Assembly (NCBI RefSeq): GCF_009914755.1
Contig: NC_060933.1
Strand: one strand, 5' to 3'
Source of the DNA: the human T2T-CHM13v2.0 reference genome, Homo sapiens
Length of the DNA: 64,000 nucleotides
The stretch's first letter is position 1. The number at the start of each line of letters is the position of its first letter. The notes beneath the pieces are model-generated. The model did no database searches, was not told the DNA's origin, and worked only from the letters and a program-made list of their open reading frames with translations. The position numbers were made by a program, and so were the translations under genes. This document shows positions 61,842 through 64,000 of the stretch, piece by piece.

Positions 61842-64000
61842 TGATACGGTTTGGCTCTGTCCCCACCCAAATCTCATCTTGAATTGTAATAATCCCCAAG
61901 TGTCAAGGTGAAACTAGGTGGAGAGGGCAGTTTCCCCCATACTGCTCTCCGGTTAGTGAGTGAGTTCTCACAAGATCTGATGGTTTCCTAAGGAGCTTCC
62001 ACTCTTTGCTCAGCACTCGTTCTGTCTTCTGCCACCCTGTGAAAAGGTGCCTTCCACCATGATTGTAAGCCTCCTGAGGCCTCGCTAGCCATGCACAACT
62101 GTGAGTCAAACCTCTTTTCTTTATAAATTACCCAATCTCGGGTATTTCTTCATAGCAGTGTGTGAATGGACTAATACAGTAAATTGGTACCACAGAGAGT
62201 CAGGGGCTGCTATAAAGATACCTGAAAATGTGGATATGACTTTGGAACTGGGTAACAAGCAGAGGCTGGAACACTTTGGAGGATTCAGAAGACAGGAAAA
62301 TGTGGGAAAATCTGGAACTTCCTAGAGACTTGTTGAATGACAATGAAGTCCAGGCTGAGGTGGTCTCAGATGGAGATGAAGAACTTGTTGGGAACTGGAA
62401 AGGTCATTCTTGCTATGCTTTAGCAAAGAAACTGGTAGCTTTTTGCCCCTGCCCTAGAGATCTGTGGAATTTTGAGCTTCAGAGAGGTGACTTAGGGTAT
62501 CTGGTGAAAGAAATTTCTAAGCAGCAAGGCATTCAAGAGGTGACAGAGCATAAAAGTTCAGAAAATTTGCAGCCTGACAATGCAGTAGAAAAGAAAAACC
62601 CATTTTCTGGGTAGAAATTCAAGTCTACCACACAAGTGAGAAGCAGCCAAATGCTAATCACCAAGACAATGGGGAAAATGTCTCCAAGGCATGTCAGAGA
62701 CCTTCACAGAAGCCCCTCCCATCATAGGTCTGGAAGCCTAGGAGGGAAAATTGGTTTTCTGGGCTGGGTCCAGGGCCCCTCTGCTGTGTGCAGCCTAGGG
62801 ACTTGGTGCCCTGTGTCCCAGCTGCTCCAGCCATGGCTAAAAATGGGGCCAAGGTACAGCTCAGACTTTTGCTTCAGAGGGTGCAAGCCCCAAGCCTTGG
62901 CAGCTTCTACATGATGTTGGTCCTGTGGGTGCACAGAAGAGAAGGACTGAGATTTGGGAACCTCTGCCTAGATTTCAGAGGACGTATGGAAACTCCTGGA
63001 TGTCCAGGTAGAGAGGTGTGCTACAGGGGCAGAGCCCTCATGGAGAACCTCTGCTAGGGCAGTGTGGAAGGGAAATGTGGGGTCAAGAGCCCCCACACAG
63101 AGTCCCTACTGGGGCACTGCCTAGCAGAGCTATGAGAAGGAACCACTGTCCTCCAGCCCCCAGAATGGTAGATCCACCCACGGTTTGCACCGGAAAAGCT
63201 GCAGACACTCAATGCCAGCCGTGAAAGCAGCCAGTAAGTGGAGGCTGTACCCTGCAAAGCCACAGAGGCAGAGTTGCCCAACACCATGGGAGCACATCTC
63301 TTTAATCAGCAAGACCTGCATGCGAGATGTGGAGTCAAAGGAGATCATTTCGGAACTTTAAGGTTTAATGACTGCCCTTTTGGATTTCAGACTTGCATGG
63401 GGCCTGTAGCCCCTCTGTTTTGGCCAATTTCTCCCATTTGAAATGGGCGTATTTACCCAATGCCTGTACTCCCATTGTATCTAGGAAGTAACTAACTTGC
63501 TTTTGACTTTATAGGCTCAGAGGCAGAAGGGACTTGCCTTATCTCAGATGAAACTTTAGACTTGGACTTCTGGGTTAATCGTGGAATGAGTTAAGACTTT
63601 GGAAGACTGTTGGGAAGGCATGATTGTGTTTTGAAATGTGAGGACATGAGATTTGGGAGGGGCCGGGGCAGAATGATATAGTTGGGCTGTGTCCCCACCT
63701 GAATGTCATCTTGAATTATAATAATTCCCATGAGTCCAGGGTGGGATCAGGTGGGAGATAATTGAATTATGGGGGTGGCTTCCCCCATACTGGTCTTGTG
63801 ATAGTGAGTGAATACTCATGAGATCTAATGGTCTATAAGGGGCTTCCCCCTTCACCTGGCACTCATTCTCTCTCCTGCCACCCTGTGAAGAGGTGCTTTC
63901 TACCATGATTGTTAAGTTTCCTGAGGCCTCCCCAGCCAAGTGGAACTGTGAGTCAATTACACCTCTTTCCTTGATAAATTACCCAGTCTTGGGTATTTCT
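61842..64000 (+). mobile_element. Full-structure THE1 MaLR (5' LTR 61842-62178, internal region, 3' LTR from 63674 cut by the window edge)
   Basis: tgatacggtttggctctgtccccac...ggactaataca; internal DRKMWENLELPRDLLN remnant; PPT-like gggaggggccggggcagaa before the second LTR. Confidence 0.92.

Overview
This is human/primate genomic DNA, recognisably the UBQLN1-GKAP1 locus. Both genes are on the minus strand. The window holds the UBQLN1 CpG-island promoter, coding exon 1 (5211-5390) and the first ~5 kb of intron 1, then ~31 kb of repeat-rich intergenic DNA, then the last five GKAP1 coding exons plus 3'UTR (37110-51036). Notable non-genic content: (i) a full-length, frameshift-free Hsmar1 mariner flanked by two MADE1 MITEs, 2-6 kb from the UBQLN1 promoter; it keeps the SETMAR-type splice acceptor, a strong-Kozak ATG and an open 164-aa DNA-binding-domain ORF; (ii) a two-LTR ERVL-class (LTR40-like) provirus with a gamma-type env TM remnant (CX6CC); (iii) a 5'-truncated SVA with a ~200-bp 3' transduction inside a 15-bp TSD; (iv) an Alu plus U6 5' fragment inside one TSD; (v) an old local L1 duplication; (vi) a large L1MA and a full THE1 element. 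Repeat subfamily names come from recalled consensus sequences, and repeat boundaries are approximate unless a TSD or TIR is quoted.
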